Shown: positions 10,815 to 20,674, counted from the first letter of the stretch. The stretch: 64,000 bases of DNA from Vulcanimicrobiota bacterium (GCA_039809865.1 JBDHVW010000011.1:31470-95469), one strand, 5' to 3'. Numbers and translations are program-made. Notes: generated by a model from the sequence alone, not told the origin.

Positions 10815-12241
10815 AGCGGTTGGGCCTGGTCCTGCTGCTGGGACTCGTCCTGGCAGCCGTCTACTTCTTCGTGCGAGGCGGCAGCGGCGTGGAGGTCACG
10901 ACCGCCGCCGTGGAGCGTGGCTCGGTCAGCGAGAACCTGGACGAGGACGGTATCGTCAAGAGCGATCTGGAAGCCGAGCTGGCCCCCCGCATCCAGGGCC
11001 GTCTGGCCCGGTTGCTGGTCAAAACGGGTCAGCACGTGCGCAAAGGGCAACTGCTGGCCTCGCTCGAGCAGGCCGACCTGGAGGCGGCGGTCGCCGCGGC
11101 CCGGGCCAACGAGCAGGCCGCCGCCGCCACGGTGGAGCAGGCGCGGGCCCAGGCCGAGCTACAGCGAGGCACGGTGGCCGCCGAGCTATCCCAGTCGCAG
11201 GCTGCGCGCGACGTGGCGGCGGCCAACCTCTCCAAGGTCGAGGAGGGGGCGCGTCCTCAGGACCGACTCACGGCGCAGCGCCGTTACGAGGCCGCCCGGG
11301 CCTCCGAGGAGGAGGCGCGAGCCAACTACAAGCGCAACAAGCAGTTGTTCGAACAGGGGTATGTCTCCGCCCAGCAGGTCGAGGCGACCCGCACCGCGCT
11401 CGGCACGGCCACCGCCAACCGCCAGGCGGCCCTGGCCGAGCTGAGCTCGCTGGACGCGCGCCGGCAGGACCTGGCGGCCTCGCGGGGCGAGTTGGAGCGG
11501 GCCGTGGCCTCCGAGCAGGGAGCGGCGGCCCGTCAGGGGCAGGTGACCGTCTCCGAGCGCGAGGTGGCCGCCGCCGAAGCCCGGCTGGAGAGCGCACGGG
11601 CCGGCCGGGAGCAGGCCCAGGCCAATCTGGCCATGGCCGAAATCCGGGCCCCGCGCGACGGGGAGATCGTGCTCGACGAGGTGGAGCCGGGCGAGGTGAT
11701 CGGACCGGCCAACCGCTTCGGCCGTTTGATCGACCCGTCCCACATCTGGGTGGAGATGCTGCTGGACGAGAACGACCGCGGCCGCGTGGAAGAAGGCCAG
11801 AAAGTGGTCATCACCACGGACGCCTACCCGGGCGTCGAGTTCGCCGGCACATTGGAGCGCATCGAATCGCTGGCACAGCTCAAGCGGCAGCTGCGCGGCA
11901 CGCCCACGCAGGATGAGGACCGCGTTTTTCGCAGCCGGGTGCGCCTGACTTCGGTCGAAGCGGACGGCAAACGCCTCTATCCGGGCATGTCGGTCTTCGC
12001 CGAAGTGGTCCTGCGCCAGCTCGAAGGGGTGTTGTTCGTGCCCCGCGAGGCGCTGGTGAGCCGCGAGGGCAAGTGGGTGGTGCTGGTGGTGGACGGCGCG
12101 CGTGTGAGCGAGCGCGTCATCAAGGCAGGCAGCCGCGACGCCAACCGGGTCGAGGTCCTGGAAGGTCTGCGCGAGGGCGATCGGGTGGTGCTCAACCCGG
12201 GCAACCTGCGCGACGGCGCGCGCGTGCGCGCACGGACGTGA
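10811..12241 (+). CDS. HlyD/MacA-family periplasmic adaptor (membrane fusion protein) of a tripartite efflux system
   Basis: TTG start overlapping the upstream stop. N-terminal TM anchor, long A/E/Q-rich coiled-coil hairpin, and a C-terminal beta-barrel region typical of HlyD/MFP proteins. Confidence 0.8.
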
Positions 12242-12930
12242 GCGACGTCGTTCTGGAGCTGCGCGGCGTCGAGCGCACCTTCTCCGGGCACGGGGATGTC
12301 GTGCCGGCGGTCCGCGGGGTGGATCTGAAACTCGAGCGGGGGGAATTCGTCTCGCTGGTCGGCCCCTCGGGCTGCGGCAAATCGACCCTGCTCAACATTC
12401 TCGGATGCCTCGATCGGCCCACGGCCGGTCAGGTCATTTTGAACGGGCGCGACGTGGCGCAATATTCCAGCGACCAGCTGGCGCACGTGCGCAACCGCGA
12501 GATCGGCTTCGTCTTCCAGAGCTACAACTTGCTGCGCCGGATGAGCGCCGTCAAGAATGTGGAGCTCCCGATGGTGTATGGCGGGGTGCCGCGCCCGGAG
12601 CGGATAGCGCGCGCTCGCGAGGGCCTTTCGCGCGTGCACCTGGAGCACCGCTTCGATCACGCTCCCAACCAGATGAGTGGCGGTGAATGCCAGCGGGTGG
12701 CCATCGCTCGCGCCCTGGTGATGCGCCCGGCGCTGATCCTGGCCGATGAGCCGACGGGGAACCTGGACACCCGCACCGGAGCCGAGATCATGGAGATCTT
12801 CCGCCGCCTGCACGGCGAGGGGATCACTTTGCTGATGGTCACCCACTCGCCCGAGATGGCCGAGCAAGCGGAGAGGCAGATTCGGATGCTCGACGGAAAG
12901 ATCGTGGCCAACGTGGGCCGGGCCTCCTGA
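12238..12930 (+). CDS. MacB/LolD-type ABC transporter ATP-binding protein
   Basis: Walker A GPSGCGKST, Q-loop, ABC signature 'MSGGECQRVAIARAL', Walker B 'LILADEPTGNLD' and an H-loop. The GTG start overlaps the adaptor stop codon. Confidence 0.9.
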   Translation: MSDVVLELRGVERTFSGHGDVVPAVRGVDLKLERGEFVSLVGPSGCGKSTLLNILGCLDRPTAGQVILNGRDVAQYSSDQLAHVRNREIGFVFQSYNLLRRMSAVKNVELPMVYGGVPRPERIARAREGLSRVHLEHRFDHAPNQMSGGECQRVAIARALVMRPALILADEPTGNLDTRTGAEIMEIFRRLHGEGITLLMVTHSPEMAEQAERQIRMLDGKIVANVGRAS

Positions 12931-14117
12931 TGGACCTCTGGGAGAGCTTTTCGTCCGCACTGGACTCTCTGCGCGCCAACAAGTTGCGTTCGCTGCTGAC
13001 GATGCTGGGGATCATCATCGGCGTGGGACTGGTGATCACGCTGGTCTCGCTCGGCGAGGCGGCCAAGCTCTACGTCAACCAGGAGGTCGGCGGGATGGGT
13101 TTTGGCTCGAACGCGCTGGTGGTCCACCCGGGCAAGATGGATCCGCCGATCGAGCCCTCGCGCCTCAGCTACGGCGATTCCCGGGAGATCCTGCGGCGCG
13201 TGACGGGCGTAAGCGATGTCGTGCCCGTGCTGATCGGCTCGGCGCAGGCGCGCATGGGCCGCCACGAGGACAAGATCGCGGTCTGGGGCCTGACCGAGAA
13301 CTGGCCGGCCCTGACGAACTACCGGGTGCTACAGGGCCAGTTCCTGACGGCAGCCGACATCGAGAAGCACCGCAAGGTCTGCGTGCTGGGCCCCGAGGTG
13401 GCCGAGAAGTTCTTTCCGGGGTCGTCCCCCGTGGGAGAGACGCTGCGCATCGGCGGCAAACGTTACCACGTCATCGGCGTGATGGAGCCCAAAGGCGAGA
13501 TGCTGGGCATGAACATGGACAACATGGCCATCCTGCCCGTCACCTCGGCTCAGGATCTGCTGGAGACGAGCCGGCTGACCGAGATCATCGTATGGGCCCG
13601 CGACGCCGAGCAGGTGCACGGCGTGCAGGCTCAGATCGAGATGTTCCTGCGCCACCGGCACCTCGACCAGGACGACTTCCACTTTCACACGCAGAGCGAG
13701 ATGCTCTCGATCCTGGGCAACATCACCGGCACTCTGACCCTTTTCGTGGCGGGCATCGCCGGGATCTCGCTGGTGGTCGGCAGCATCGGCATCATGAACA
13801 TCATGCTGGTCTCGGTGATGGAGCGAACCCGCGAGATCGGCATTCGGAAAGCCATCGGCGCGACCGACCGCGACCTGTTCCTGCAGTTCTTCACCGAGGC
13901 GCTGGTAATCAGCCTGGGAGGCGGGTTGCTGGGAATCCTCTCGGGCGCGCTCACGGCCGCCGCCGTCATGGCCATGAGCGGCCTGCCTCTGGGCGTCAGC
14001 AGCTGGGCCGTCCTGGCCGCCATCGCCTCGAGCGGCGTCGTCGGCCTGGCCTCCGGCGTCTACCCGGCGATGCGCGCGGCCCGCCAGGACCCCATCCAGG
14101 CCCTGCGCTACGAGTAG
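12930..14117 (+). CDS. ABC transporter permease, FtsX/MacB-like
   Basis: ATG overlaps the stop codon of the ATPase gene. N-terminal TM helix, a large periplasmic domain, and a C-terminal 3-TM FtsX-type bundle (GIAGISLVVGSIGIMNIMLVSV...). Confidence 0.85.
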   Translation: MDLWESFSSALDSLRANKLRSLLTMLGIIIGVGLVITLVSLGEAAKLYVNQEVGGMGFGSNALVVHPGKMDPPIEPSRLSYGDSREILRRVTGVSDVVPVLIGSAQARMGRHEDKIAVWGLTENWPALTNYRVLQGQFLTAADIEKHRKVCVLGPEVAEKFFPGSSPVGETLRIGGKRYHVIGVMEPKGEMLGMNMDNMAILPVTSAQDLLETSRLTEIIVWARDAEQVHGVQAQIEMFLRHRHLDQDDFHFHTQSEMLSILGNITGTLTLFVAGIAGISLVVGSIGIMNIMLVSVMERTREIGIRKAIGATDRDLFLQFFTEALVISLGGGLLGILSGALTAAAVMAMSGLPLGVSSWAVLAAIASSGVVGLASGVYPAMRAARQDPIQALRYE

Positions 14118-14123
14118 CGCACA

Positions 14124-14152
14124 GTAACGAGTTAAGAGTTAAGAGTTAAGAG
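14124..14152. repeat. Tandem heptamer repeat (GAGTTAA x3, then a degenerate copy) in an AT-rich intergenic island
   Basis: Directly visible: 'gagttaagagttaagagttaagagttcagag'. The local AT-richness contrasts with the ~70% GC background. Confidence 0.7.
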
Positions 14153-14231
14153 TTCAGAGTAGAAAGGAGTAAGGAGTACGGAGTTACGATGGAACTCCCT
14201 ACTCCCGTCTACCGTCTACCGTCTCACGCGT

Positions 14232-14609
14232 CTAGACGCGGGTCACGGTCGTGGTCGAGGTTCGGTCGCGGCCGGCGGCCATGGCGACCAGGCCGAGGAG
14301 CGCGGCGACGCCGATGATGCCGCCCAAAACGTAGGCCGTGGTATTGTCCGCGACCGGGGCCGTCGAGGTGCGGTCGATGACCGTCGTGTCACTCGTGGTG
14401 GTGGAGCTGGTGCTGGTGGCGGCCGGGGCCGGGGCGGTAACGTTCACGTTGACGGGGTCGGGAGCGGCCGGGGCCGTGGTCTCGGTGGTGACGTTGACGT
14501 TGGCCGTCGGGGCCGCGTCGGGCTGGGAGGGCTCCTGGGCGAAACCAACCCCACCCGCTCCAAGCATCAGCATTCCAGTCATCAGCGCGGTTACAATCTG
14601 CTTCTTCAT
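14232..14609 (-). CDS. Small secreted Ser/Thr/Pro-rich protein with a C-terminal hydrophobic anchor
   Basis: ATG at 14609 (MKKQIVTALMTGMLMLGAGGVGFA signal peptide). A T/S/P/A/N-rich middle region. C-terminal hydrophobic stretch 'VLGGIIGVAALLGLVAMAAG' followed by RDR. The upstream part of the 311-aa ORF looks non-coding. Confidence 0.4.
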   Translation of the reverse strand: MKKQIVTALMTGMLMLGAGGVGFAQEPSQPDAAPTANVNVTTETTAPAAPDPVNVNVTAPAPAATSTSSTTTSDTTVIDRTSTAPVADNTTAYVLGGIIGVAALLGLVAMAAGRDRTSTTTVTRV

Positions 14610-14747
14610 TGGTTTGGTCCCTTTCAAAACTGGTCGGAGGGTGAACGCCCTCTCGCTGCCCAGTATGCCGCACGGCCGGGCCCATGCAGAATGGTTTCTG
14701 GTGGGTACCGGACAGGACTTGGATACTCCGACAGACAATACTTTGTG

Positions 14748-15203
14748 ATGCAAAGTTGTCGAGCTTACCTCTCGGTCGTCATCTTCGGCTTGCTCGTGTC
14801 GGGCGTGACGGCCTTTCCGCTGCTCACGGAGGTCACCTGGCTGGCGCGCGTGACGGGCTCGCCCTGGATCGAGTCGGTGCTGGAGGCGCTGCGTTACAAC
14901 GACCAGCACTTTCCGTTCCTGGCCTACGGCACGGACTGGCTGGCCTTCGCCCATCTCGTGCTGGCACTGATGTTCGTCGGCGCGTGGCGAGACCCCGTCC
15001 GCAACGTCTGGATCATCGACGTGGGTTTGATGGCATGCGCGGGGGTCGTTGTGGTGGCGATGGTCTGCGGTCCAATCCGGCACATTCCCTGGCATTGGCG
15101 CTGGATCGACAGCTCCTTTGGCTTGTTCTGTGCCGTCCCGCTCTGGTTGGCGCGGCGAATTGTTCACAAGTCCACGGTAGCCCCGGGAGCCCCGTCCGCC
15201 TAA
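14748..15203 (+). CDS. Hypothetical integral membrane protein
   Basis: ORF with four predicted hydrophobic helices. No recognisable motif. Confidence 0.4.
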   Translation: MQSCRAYLSVVIFGLLVSGVTAFPLLTEVTWLARVTGSPWIESVLEALRYNDQHFPFLAYGTDWLAFAHLVLALMFVGAWRDPVRNVWIIDVGLMACAGVVVVAMVCGPIRHIPWHWRWIDSSFGLFCAVPLWLARRIVHKSTVAPGAPSA

Positions 15204-15243
15204 AGTAAAAAGAAAAAAAGGGTTTCTCTGGAGGATTCACACC

Positions 15244-15639
15244 ATGCAGGCCACTCTCGCCATGCCTTCCTATGCTCCGGCGCGCTCCGTGAGCACCCCC
15301 ACCCCCACCGTCACCCGCCGCTCGCAGGAAGAGCCGATCGACAAAGCGGAGCTGACCGGCAACATTCTGGGCGGCCTGGCTGGCGGCGCCGGCCTCGGCT
15401 ACCTCGGCCTCGAGCTGGGAATGCGCTGGGGGATGGAGTACGGGATGGGGCTGCTGGGCAGCCATCCGTTAGCTCAGGTTCTGGCCCTCTTCACGGTAGG
15501 AATCCAATATGGCGTGCTCGGTGGCATCGCCGCCGGGGCTATCGGCGCCGGTATCGGCGCCGGTCTCGGCTGCTGGCTGGGCGGCATGGCGGGCAAAGCC
15601 ATCGGCGGCCACCAGGAACAGCCGCCCCGGACGGCTTGA
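15244..15639 (+). CDS. Glycine-zipper (GxxxG-rich) small membrane protein
   Basis: GGAGG RBS 8 bp upstream of the ATG. The C-terminal half is dominated by GxxxGxxxG repeats (GGLAGGAGLGYLG...GIAAGAIGAGIGAGLG). Confidence 0.5.
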   Translation: MQATLAMPSYAPARSVSTPTPTVTRRSQEEPIDKAELTGNILGGLAGGAGLGYLGLELGMRWGMEYGMGLLGSHPLAQVLALFTVGIQYGVLGGIAAGAIGAGIGAGLGCWLGGMAGKAIGGHQEQPPRTA

Positions 15640-16121
15640 CCGACGACCTCACCCTGCGCGGCAAGTGGACCCTCCGGGCCCACGGCAAGACGCGCGTGTT
15701 CGTCAAGCGCTCGGTCGAGAGCGGGGCTCACGTCTTGATGAAGGCGCTCCTGTGGGCGCTCTATCTTCCTCAGTACCCGGACGTGGCGGTCGAGATCTCG
15801 ATCGGCCATCGCTATAAGCCCGACCTGATCGCCATGGTCGACGGCCAGCCGTGCTTCTGGGGCGAATGCGGCCATGTCGGGCTGCAAAAGCTGCGCACAC
15901 TCTTGACGAAATTCCGCCGCACCCACTTCGCCTTTGCCCGCTGGGCGACGCCCCTGCGGGCCCACGACGAAATGATCGCGCGGGCGATGGAGGGCGTGCG
16001 GCGCGAGGCACCGGTCGAGCTCTGGCGTTTTCCCGAGGACAGTGCCGAGCGCTTCGTGGATGCCCGAGGAAACATCCGCCTGGATTTCGCCCAGTTGGAA
16101 GGGCGGCGCTACGAGGGATAA
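15636..16121 (+). CDS. Hypothetical protein, possibly a PD-(D/E)XK nuclease-fold protein
   Basis: ORF translationally coupled (TTG) to the upstream gene. 'PDVAVEISIGHRYKPD' resembles the D...E-x-K core of PD-(D/E)XK enzymes. The start codon is uncertain. Confidence 0.35.
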   Translation: MTDDLTLRGKWTLRAHGKTRVFVKRSVESGAHVLMKALLWALYLPQYPDVAVEISIGHRYKPDLIAMVDGQPCFWGECGHVGLQKLRTLLTKFRRTHFAFARWATPLRAHDEMIARAMEGVRREAPVELWRFPEDSAERFVDARGNIRLDFAQLEGRRYEG

Positions 16122-16447
16122 GGCCTCGTCCGTACCTCCAGCTCCGTGAGCCGAACCAGCGCCTCCGCGTCCGTGCTCCCGCACATTTCCCGGGACGGCA
16201 TCAAAGACGAGCAGACCGCCGGCCTCTCGGGCTGGCCGAAAATCTTGCAGCGATTCGCGCTGTCGAGTTGCACGCAGCGCACGCCCGCGGGTTTGCCTTC
16301 GGGCATTCCGGGGATCGCCGAGCTGATCGAGGGGGCGATGCAGCAAGCGCCACAGCCGACACGACATTCCACCTCACCAGGGTAAGCGGTGCGCCCCGAG
16401 AAACGCAAGGCGATGGAGATCGAAGCCGCCCTTCGCCAACACGCCAA
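16109..16447 (-). CDS. YkgJ-family cysteine-cluster (Fe-S/Zn-binding) protein
   Basis: 'CRVGCGACC...C..........C' cysteine pattern characteristic of the YkgJ/UPF0153 family. The start codon is uncertain, and the 5' end overlaps the divergent neighbour. Confidence 0.5.
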   Translation of the reverse strand: MACWRRAASISIALRFSGRTAYPGEVECRVGCGACCIAPSISSAIPGMPEGKPAGVRCVQLDSANRCKIFGQPERPAVCSSLMPSREMCGSTDAEALVRLTELEVRTRPYPS

Positions 16448-17060
16448 TCCCGAGCGCGCGCACGGGATGAAAGCTTACATGCGCGATCAGTTCGAATATC
16501 TCGGCTTGCAGTCCACCGAGCGACGCCGTCTCTCCAGACCCCACCTCCAGGCGCTGCCTCCCGCGCAGCTGAAGAAAGCCATCCACCACCTCTACGCCCT
16601 GCCCGAGCGCGAGTTCCAGTACTTCGCCGTCGAACTGGCCGCGAAGTCCCACAGGCTCTGGGTGCCCGAGCAACTGGCGCTCTGGAAGTGGATGGTCGGG
16701 CACAAATCGTGGTGGGATACGGTCGATTGCCTCTCCACCAAAGTCGTGGGCGTCCACATGAAGAAATTTGGCGGCGACGTCGACAGCTGGATCGATGCGC
16801 CAGACTTCTGGCTGCAGCGCGTGGCCCTGCTCTATCAGCTCGACTACAAGAAGGACACCGACCCGGCCAAACTCTTTCACCACATCGACCGGGTCATCGA
16901 CTCGCAGGAGTTCTTCCTGCGCAAAGCTATCGGGTGGGCTCTGCGCCAGTATGCCCGAATCGCTCCCGACGAGGTCAGGAGGTTCGTGCAATCGCGCCCG
17001 CAGCTCTCCGGGTTGTCACGGAGGGAGGCGCTCAAACACTTGCAGAAGGAGCCGGCATGA
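16413..17060 (+). CDS. DNA alkylation repair enzyme (AlkC/AlkD-like HEAT-repeat glycosylase family)
   Basis: 'ANPERAHGMKAYMRDQFEYLGL', 'WWDTVD' and the helical-repeat composition match the DNA_alkylation (pfam08713) family. Start chosen at the ATG 'MEIEAAL'. A GTG at 16389 is an alternative. Confidence 0.7.
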   Translation: MEIEAALRQHANPERAHGMKAYMRDQFEYLGLQSTERRRLSRPHLQALPPAQLKKAIHHLYALPEREFQYFAVELAAKSHRLWVPEQLALWKWMVGHKSWWDTVDCLSTKVVGVHMKKFGGDVDSWIDAPDFWLQRVALLYQLDYKKDTDPAKLFHHIDRVIDSQEFFLRKAIGWALRQYARIAPDEVRRFVQSRPQLSGLSRREALKHLQKEPA

Positions 17061-18046
17061 GCTATGACGCCCTGCTGCTGGTAAGCTTCGGTGGTCCGGA
17101 AGGCCCCGACGATGTAATGCCCTTCCTCGAGAACGTCTTGCGCGGACGCAACGTCCCGCGCGAACGAATGCTGGAGGTCGCCGAGCACTATCAGCACTTT
17201 GGCGGCGTCAGCCCCATCAACGGGCAAAATCGAGCTCTGCTGGCGGCTCTGCAGGACGAGCTCGAGCGCCACCAGATCCCCCTCCGGCTCTACTGGGGCA
17301 ACCGCAACTGGCATCCTTACCTGCGCGATACGCTGCAGCACATGGCCGAGGACGGCGTGCAGAGAGCCCTGGCTTTCATGACCTCGGCCTACAGCTCTTA
17401 TTCGGGCTGCCGCCAGTACCGCGAGGATGTGGCCCGGGCCCGCGCCGAGGTGGAGGGCGCCCCCGAGGTCGACAAGCTGCGCGTCTTTTACAACCATCCC
17501 GGCTTCATCGGCACCCAGGCCGAGCTCCTGACCCGGACTCTGGCTGGGAATCCCGGTCCGGTGCTGTTCACCGCCCACAGCCTGCCGATGTCCATGGCCA
17601 ACAATTGTCGCTATGTCGAGCAGCTCGAGGAAGCCTGCCGCCTGGTTGCCGCCGAGACCGGCGTAACCGAGTGGAAGCTTTGCTGGCAGAGCCGCAGCGG
17701 TCCTCCCACTCAGCCCTGGCTAGAGCCCGACGTCTGCGACGTGATGCGCACGATGCAGGGAGCCGTGACGCTCTGTCCCATCGGCTTCATCTCGGACCAC
17801 CTCGAGGTGCTCTACGACCTCGATACCGAGGCACGGGAGCTGGCCGTCGAGTTGGGCCTGAAATTTGCTCGCTGCCCGACGGTGGGAACCCATCCCCGTT
17901 TCGTGGCCATGATCCGCGAGCTGATCCAGGAGCGCCTGCGCGGCGACGAGCGTCTGGCCGTGGGGCGCTTCGGCCCCAGCCACGATGTTTGCCCCCAAAG
18001 CTGCTGCCCGGCGGCGACCCGGCCGGTTACGGCTCCAGCATCTTGA
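17057..18046 (+). CDS. hemH: Ferrochelatase
   Basis: 'LLVSFGGPEG', 'SAYSSYSGCRQY', 'LFTAHSLP' and 'HLEVLYDLD' are canonical ferrochelatase motifs. The ATG overlaps the upstream stop. Confidence 0.9.
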   Translation: MSYDALLLVSFGGPEGPDDVMPFLENVLRGRNVPRERMLEVAEHYQHFGGVSPINGQNRALLAALQDELERHQIPLRLYWGNRNWHPYLRDTLQHMAEDGVQRALAFMTSAYSSYSGCRQYREDVARARAEVEGAPEVDKLRVFYNHPGFIGTQAELLTRTLAGNPGPVLFTAHSLPMSMANNCRYVEQLEEACRLVAAETGVTEWKLCWQSRSGPPTQPWLEPDVCDVMRTMQGAVTLCPIGFISDHLEVLYDLDTEARELAVELGLKFARCPTVGTHPRFVAMIRELIQERLRGDERLAVGRFGPSHDVCPQSCCPAATRPVTAPAS

Positions 18047-18638
18047 GGATGGTCTTCATGTTCTGCTCGCCCGGGTCGATCTTGCCATAAGGCTCGGGAT
18101 TGGTGCGGTCGAGCACCTCGGGCACCAGGGCGGTGTCCATCTGCGAGACCTCCTGGTGGGAGTAGACCTTGTCGATCGGAATGCTGAACTGCTCCATCAA
18201 CGAGCGGGTGAGCCAGGCGCACGTCTTGAGGGTCTTGGGACGCCGCGCCAGGTCGGAGGCGTCGGCCGCCACCATCTCGATGTTGATGGCCCGGTGATTG
18301 ATGCCGAAGGCTCCGCGTGAGCGCACGGTGGGCGGAACCAGCTCCCACACCTGGGCACCATCGATCACATAGTGACTCGCCAGGCCCGGCGCCTCCCCGG
18401 CGAAGGTGCCGGTGTTGACGAGGTTCCAGGGAAACGTCGTGCCGGCCGTGTAGTGCAACACGATGCAGGTCGGCTCGAGCTTCCAGGTGTCCTCGCCGTA
18501 GTGCCGCTTGGAATAGGCCTGAATCTGCTTCTTCCAGCTCTCCAGCTTGCGCGCGCGGCTCTTGTCGAGCTTGGGATCGCCCAGCGCCAGGGGAACGAGC
18601 AGCGCCAGCACCAGGGCGAAAAGCCGCTTACTTGCCAT
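18027..18638 (-). CDS. Secreted N-acetylmuramoyl-L-alanine amidase (Amidase_2/PGRP family)
   Basis: Signal peptide. 'IVLHYTAG' and 'GINHRAINIEMV' resemble the Amidase_2 zinc-binding and catalytic segments. Confidence 0.75.
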   Translation of the reverse strand: MASKRLFALVLALLVPLALGDPKLDKSRARKLESWKKQIQAYSKRHYGEDTWKLEPTCIVLHYTAGTTFPWNLVNTGTFAGEAPGLASHYVIDGAQVWELVPPTVRSRGAFGINHRAINIEMVAADASDLARRPKTLKTCAWLTRSLMEQFSIPIDKVYSHQEVSQMDTALVPEVLDRTNPEPYGKIDPGEQNMKTILKMLEP

Positions 18639-19668
18639 CTTCGAAGGGACCGGGGTCGAAGACCGGCTCCTCGATCGGGGGCACCTCGAGATCCTGGTCG
18701 ATGGTCATGCTCGGGGCCGTCGGCATCTCGGGCCGCGGCGGCGGCTGCGGCTTCTCGGGTTTGGGGGGAGGACCGTTGCCGCTGTCGGAGGAGACACGCA
18801 CGCGCGTGCCGTTCTTGTCCAGCACGACCTCCTTGCCGTTGATCGACTGCACGCGGTAGTTGCCGACGCTCTCGCCCTCGCGAACCTCGACGTACTGGCC
18901 GCCCTGGTTGATGATGGCCTTCTTGCCACCGTCGCCGTCCATCACGCCCATCAGGCGGAGATTCCCCGCGGAGCTCTGCTCGGGTTTGGTCCCGGCCGTC
19001 TTGGGCTCGGTTTTGTCCGTCTTGGGCTTCTTGGGGGCAAAGGCCGCCTTGGGAAGGTCGGCGTTGGTAATGGTGCTGGGGTCGCCGTCATCACGCCACT
19101 CTTGAGACGGCTCCTGGGGCGCCGACTGCGTCCGGGGAGTCGGCGTCGAGGCCGGCAGGTCGGCCACGGGGGTCACGGTCTCCTCGACCACGGGCTCGGT
19201 GCTGGCCAGGAAGGCCGGCGCCTGACTGTCCTTGCCCGGGGTCCAGGCTTCCAGCTCCTGGGCCAGCTTGTTATCCGGCACCGCCTGGCCGTTCTCGATG
19301 CGCCAGGCGAGCTCGAGGCTCTGCTGACCGTGTTTGAGCATCAGCTTGACCCGGCTGGAGGACTCCGGCACCCACTCGGGAGCGCTTTTGGCATCCCAGG
19401 AGGCCAGCAGCTCGGCCTTGGCGCCGTTGGAGATGGCTTTGCCCGTGTGAGCCTTCACCACCGGCATCGGATCGAAGGGAGTGGGCTCCCCCGCCGAGGC
19501 GACCGGCATCGGTACGGAGGCCACGGGTTGCGGGGCCTTCTCCGTCTTGGCATTCAAAAGGTAGAACATCCCCAGGCAGCTCAGCACCAGGACGGCGCAA
19601 ACAGCCACAAGAATGAGAACGGCGTTTCCGTGCCGAGAACGTGTCGTCGCTGATGGTGGGACATTCAT
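18628..19668 (-). CDS. Membrane-anchored Pro-rich hypothetical protein
   Basis: N-terminal TM helix (AVLILVAVCAVLVLSCLGMFYLL). Extended P/E/T-rich linker. Small C-terminal beta-rich domain. The 3' end overlaps the amidase start by 11 bp, suggesting an operon. Confidence 0.5.
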   Translation of the reverse strand: MNVPPSATTRSRHGNAVLILVAVCAVLVLSCLGMFYLLNAKTEKAPQPVASVPMPVASAGEPTPFDPMPVVKAHTGKAISNGAKAELLASWDAKSAPEWVPESSSRVKLMLKHGQQSLELAWRIENGQAVPDNKLAQELEAWTPGKDSQAPAFLASTEPVVEETVTPVADLPASTPTPRTQSAPQEPSQEWRDDGDPSTITNADLPKAAFAPKKPKTDKTEPKTAGTKPEQSSAGNLRLMGVMDGDGGKKAIINQGGQYVEVREGESVGNYRVQSINGKEVVLDKNGTRVRVSSDSGNGPPPKPEKPQPPPRPEMPTAPSMTIDQDLEVPPIEEPVFDPGPFEDGK

Positions 19669-19813
19669 GGCGCGCTTAGTTTCCGCAACGAAGCGGATCT
19701 CCCTGCACTCGCCACGACCCTCACCTCGAAGAAAATTCGAAAATCCGTTTGCTCATCAGCAGGCAACCCGGCTGTCTCAGCGAACTCCAAGCCCCTGGAG
19801 GTGCTCTGTTCAT

Positions 19814-20674
19814 ATGGCCACGGCCCCGCGCGCGCTGCAGATCGGTGATACCGTCTACCGGATGGACGAAATCAGCTGGGTCAAGTTTCAGCGCCTGACC
19901 AAATTCGAGCAGATCGCCCGCTGGAGCCTGCTGGCGGCTGGAATTTTGTTCTTCCTCGCGGTGGGCAACGGCAAGAACAACTTCGTCAATATCGAGGGAC
20001 TGATCGGGCTGTTCAGCCTCATCGCCGCCCTGCAGATCGCGGGCAACAACCGCATCGCCTCGAGCGGAGACCTGGAAGAGACCTACCACGACCACCGGAT
20101 TCGCACCACCGACAAGCTCGGGCCGCTGCTCAAAGAGCACAATCCCGACCTGCTCGAGCTGGCCAGCCCCCAGCATGGCTACCATTATTACATCCAGGCC
20201 TCGCGCATCGCGTGGTGCAGTCCCTGGTCCTCGATCAACTGGGGGCCCCTCTGGCTCTTGCTCATTTTCGGACTCTACTACGCCATTCTGAGCCTGCACA
20301 TTCACCTGCCCGACAGCCCGCCGTTCGATAAAGTGGACCTCTTCGTCTTCAAGTCCGGCCTGTCGGGCGTCAAGCTGCTGGCCATCGTGAACATGGTGCT
20401 GGCCCTGGCGGCCATCATCGCGTCGTTCAAGACCGGGCTGCGCCTGGCCGCGGTTGGCGGCGTCAGCGACGGTCTCCCGCTCACCCTGCTCGACCGCCAG
20501 AAGCTGGTGAACTACCTGATCAACTCCGGCGAGGGCAAGCGCGTCGAGGCGGCGCCGGCTGCTGCCGCGGTGGTGGTCAGCCAGCCGTCCGCCCCGCCGG
20601 TCGTCACCGCCCCGGCTCCCCCGCCCGAACCGGCGGCCCCGCCCGCCGAGCCTTCCGAGCCCGCCGCGATTTGA
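19814..20674 (+). CDS. Hypothetical integral membrane protein with a Pro/Ala-rich C-terminus
   Basis: ATG at 19814 (MATAPRAL). Several hydrophobic helices. C-terminal APAPPPEPAAPPAEPSEP tail. Confidence 0.45.
   Translation: MATAPRALQIGDTVYRMDEISWVKFQRLTKFEQIARWSLLAAGILFFLAVGNGKNNFVNIEGLIGLFSLIAALQIAGNNRIASSGDLEETYHDHRIRTTDKLGPLLKEHNPDLLELASPQHGYHYYIQASRIAWCSPWSSINWGPLWLLLIFGLYYAILSLHIHLPDSPPFDKVDLFVFKSGLSGVKLLAIVNMVLALAAIIASFKTGLRLAAVGGVSDGLPLTLLDRQKLVNYLINSGEGKRVEAAPAAAAVVVSQPSAPPVVTAPAPPPEPAAPPAEPSEPAAI

Noticed and set aside
14610-15167. Upstream part of the 311-aa reverse ORF 14232-15167
   Set aside because: The translation is H/D/R/P-rich and looks non-coding. Only the portion from the MKKQ start (14609), with signal peptide and anchor, is a plausible gene.
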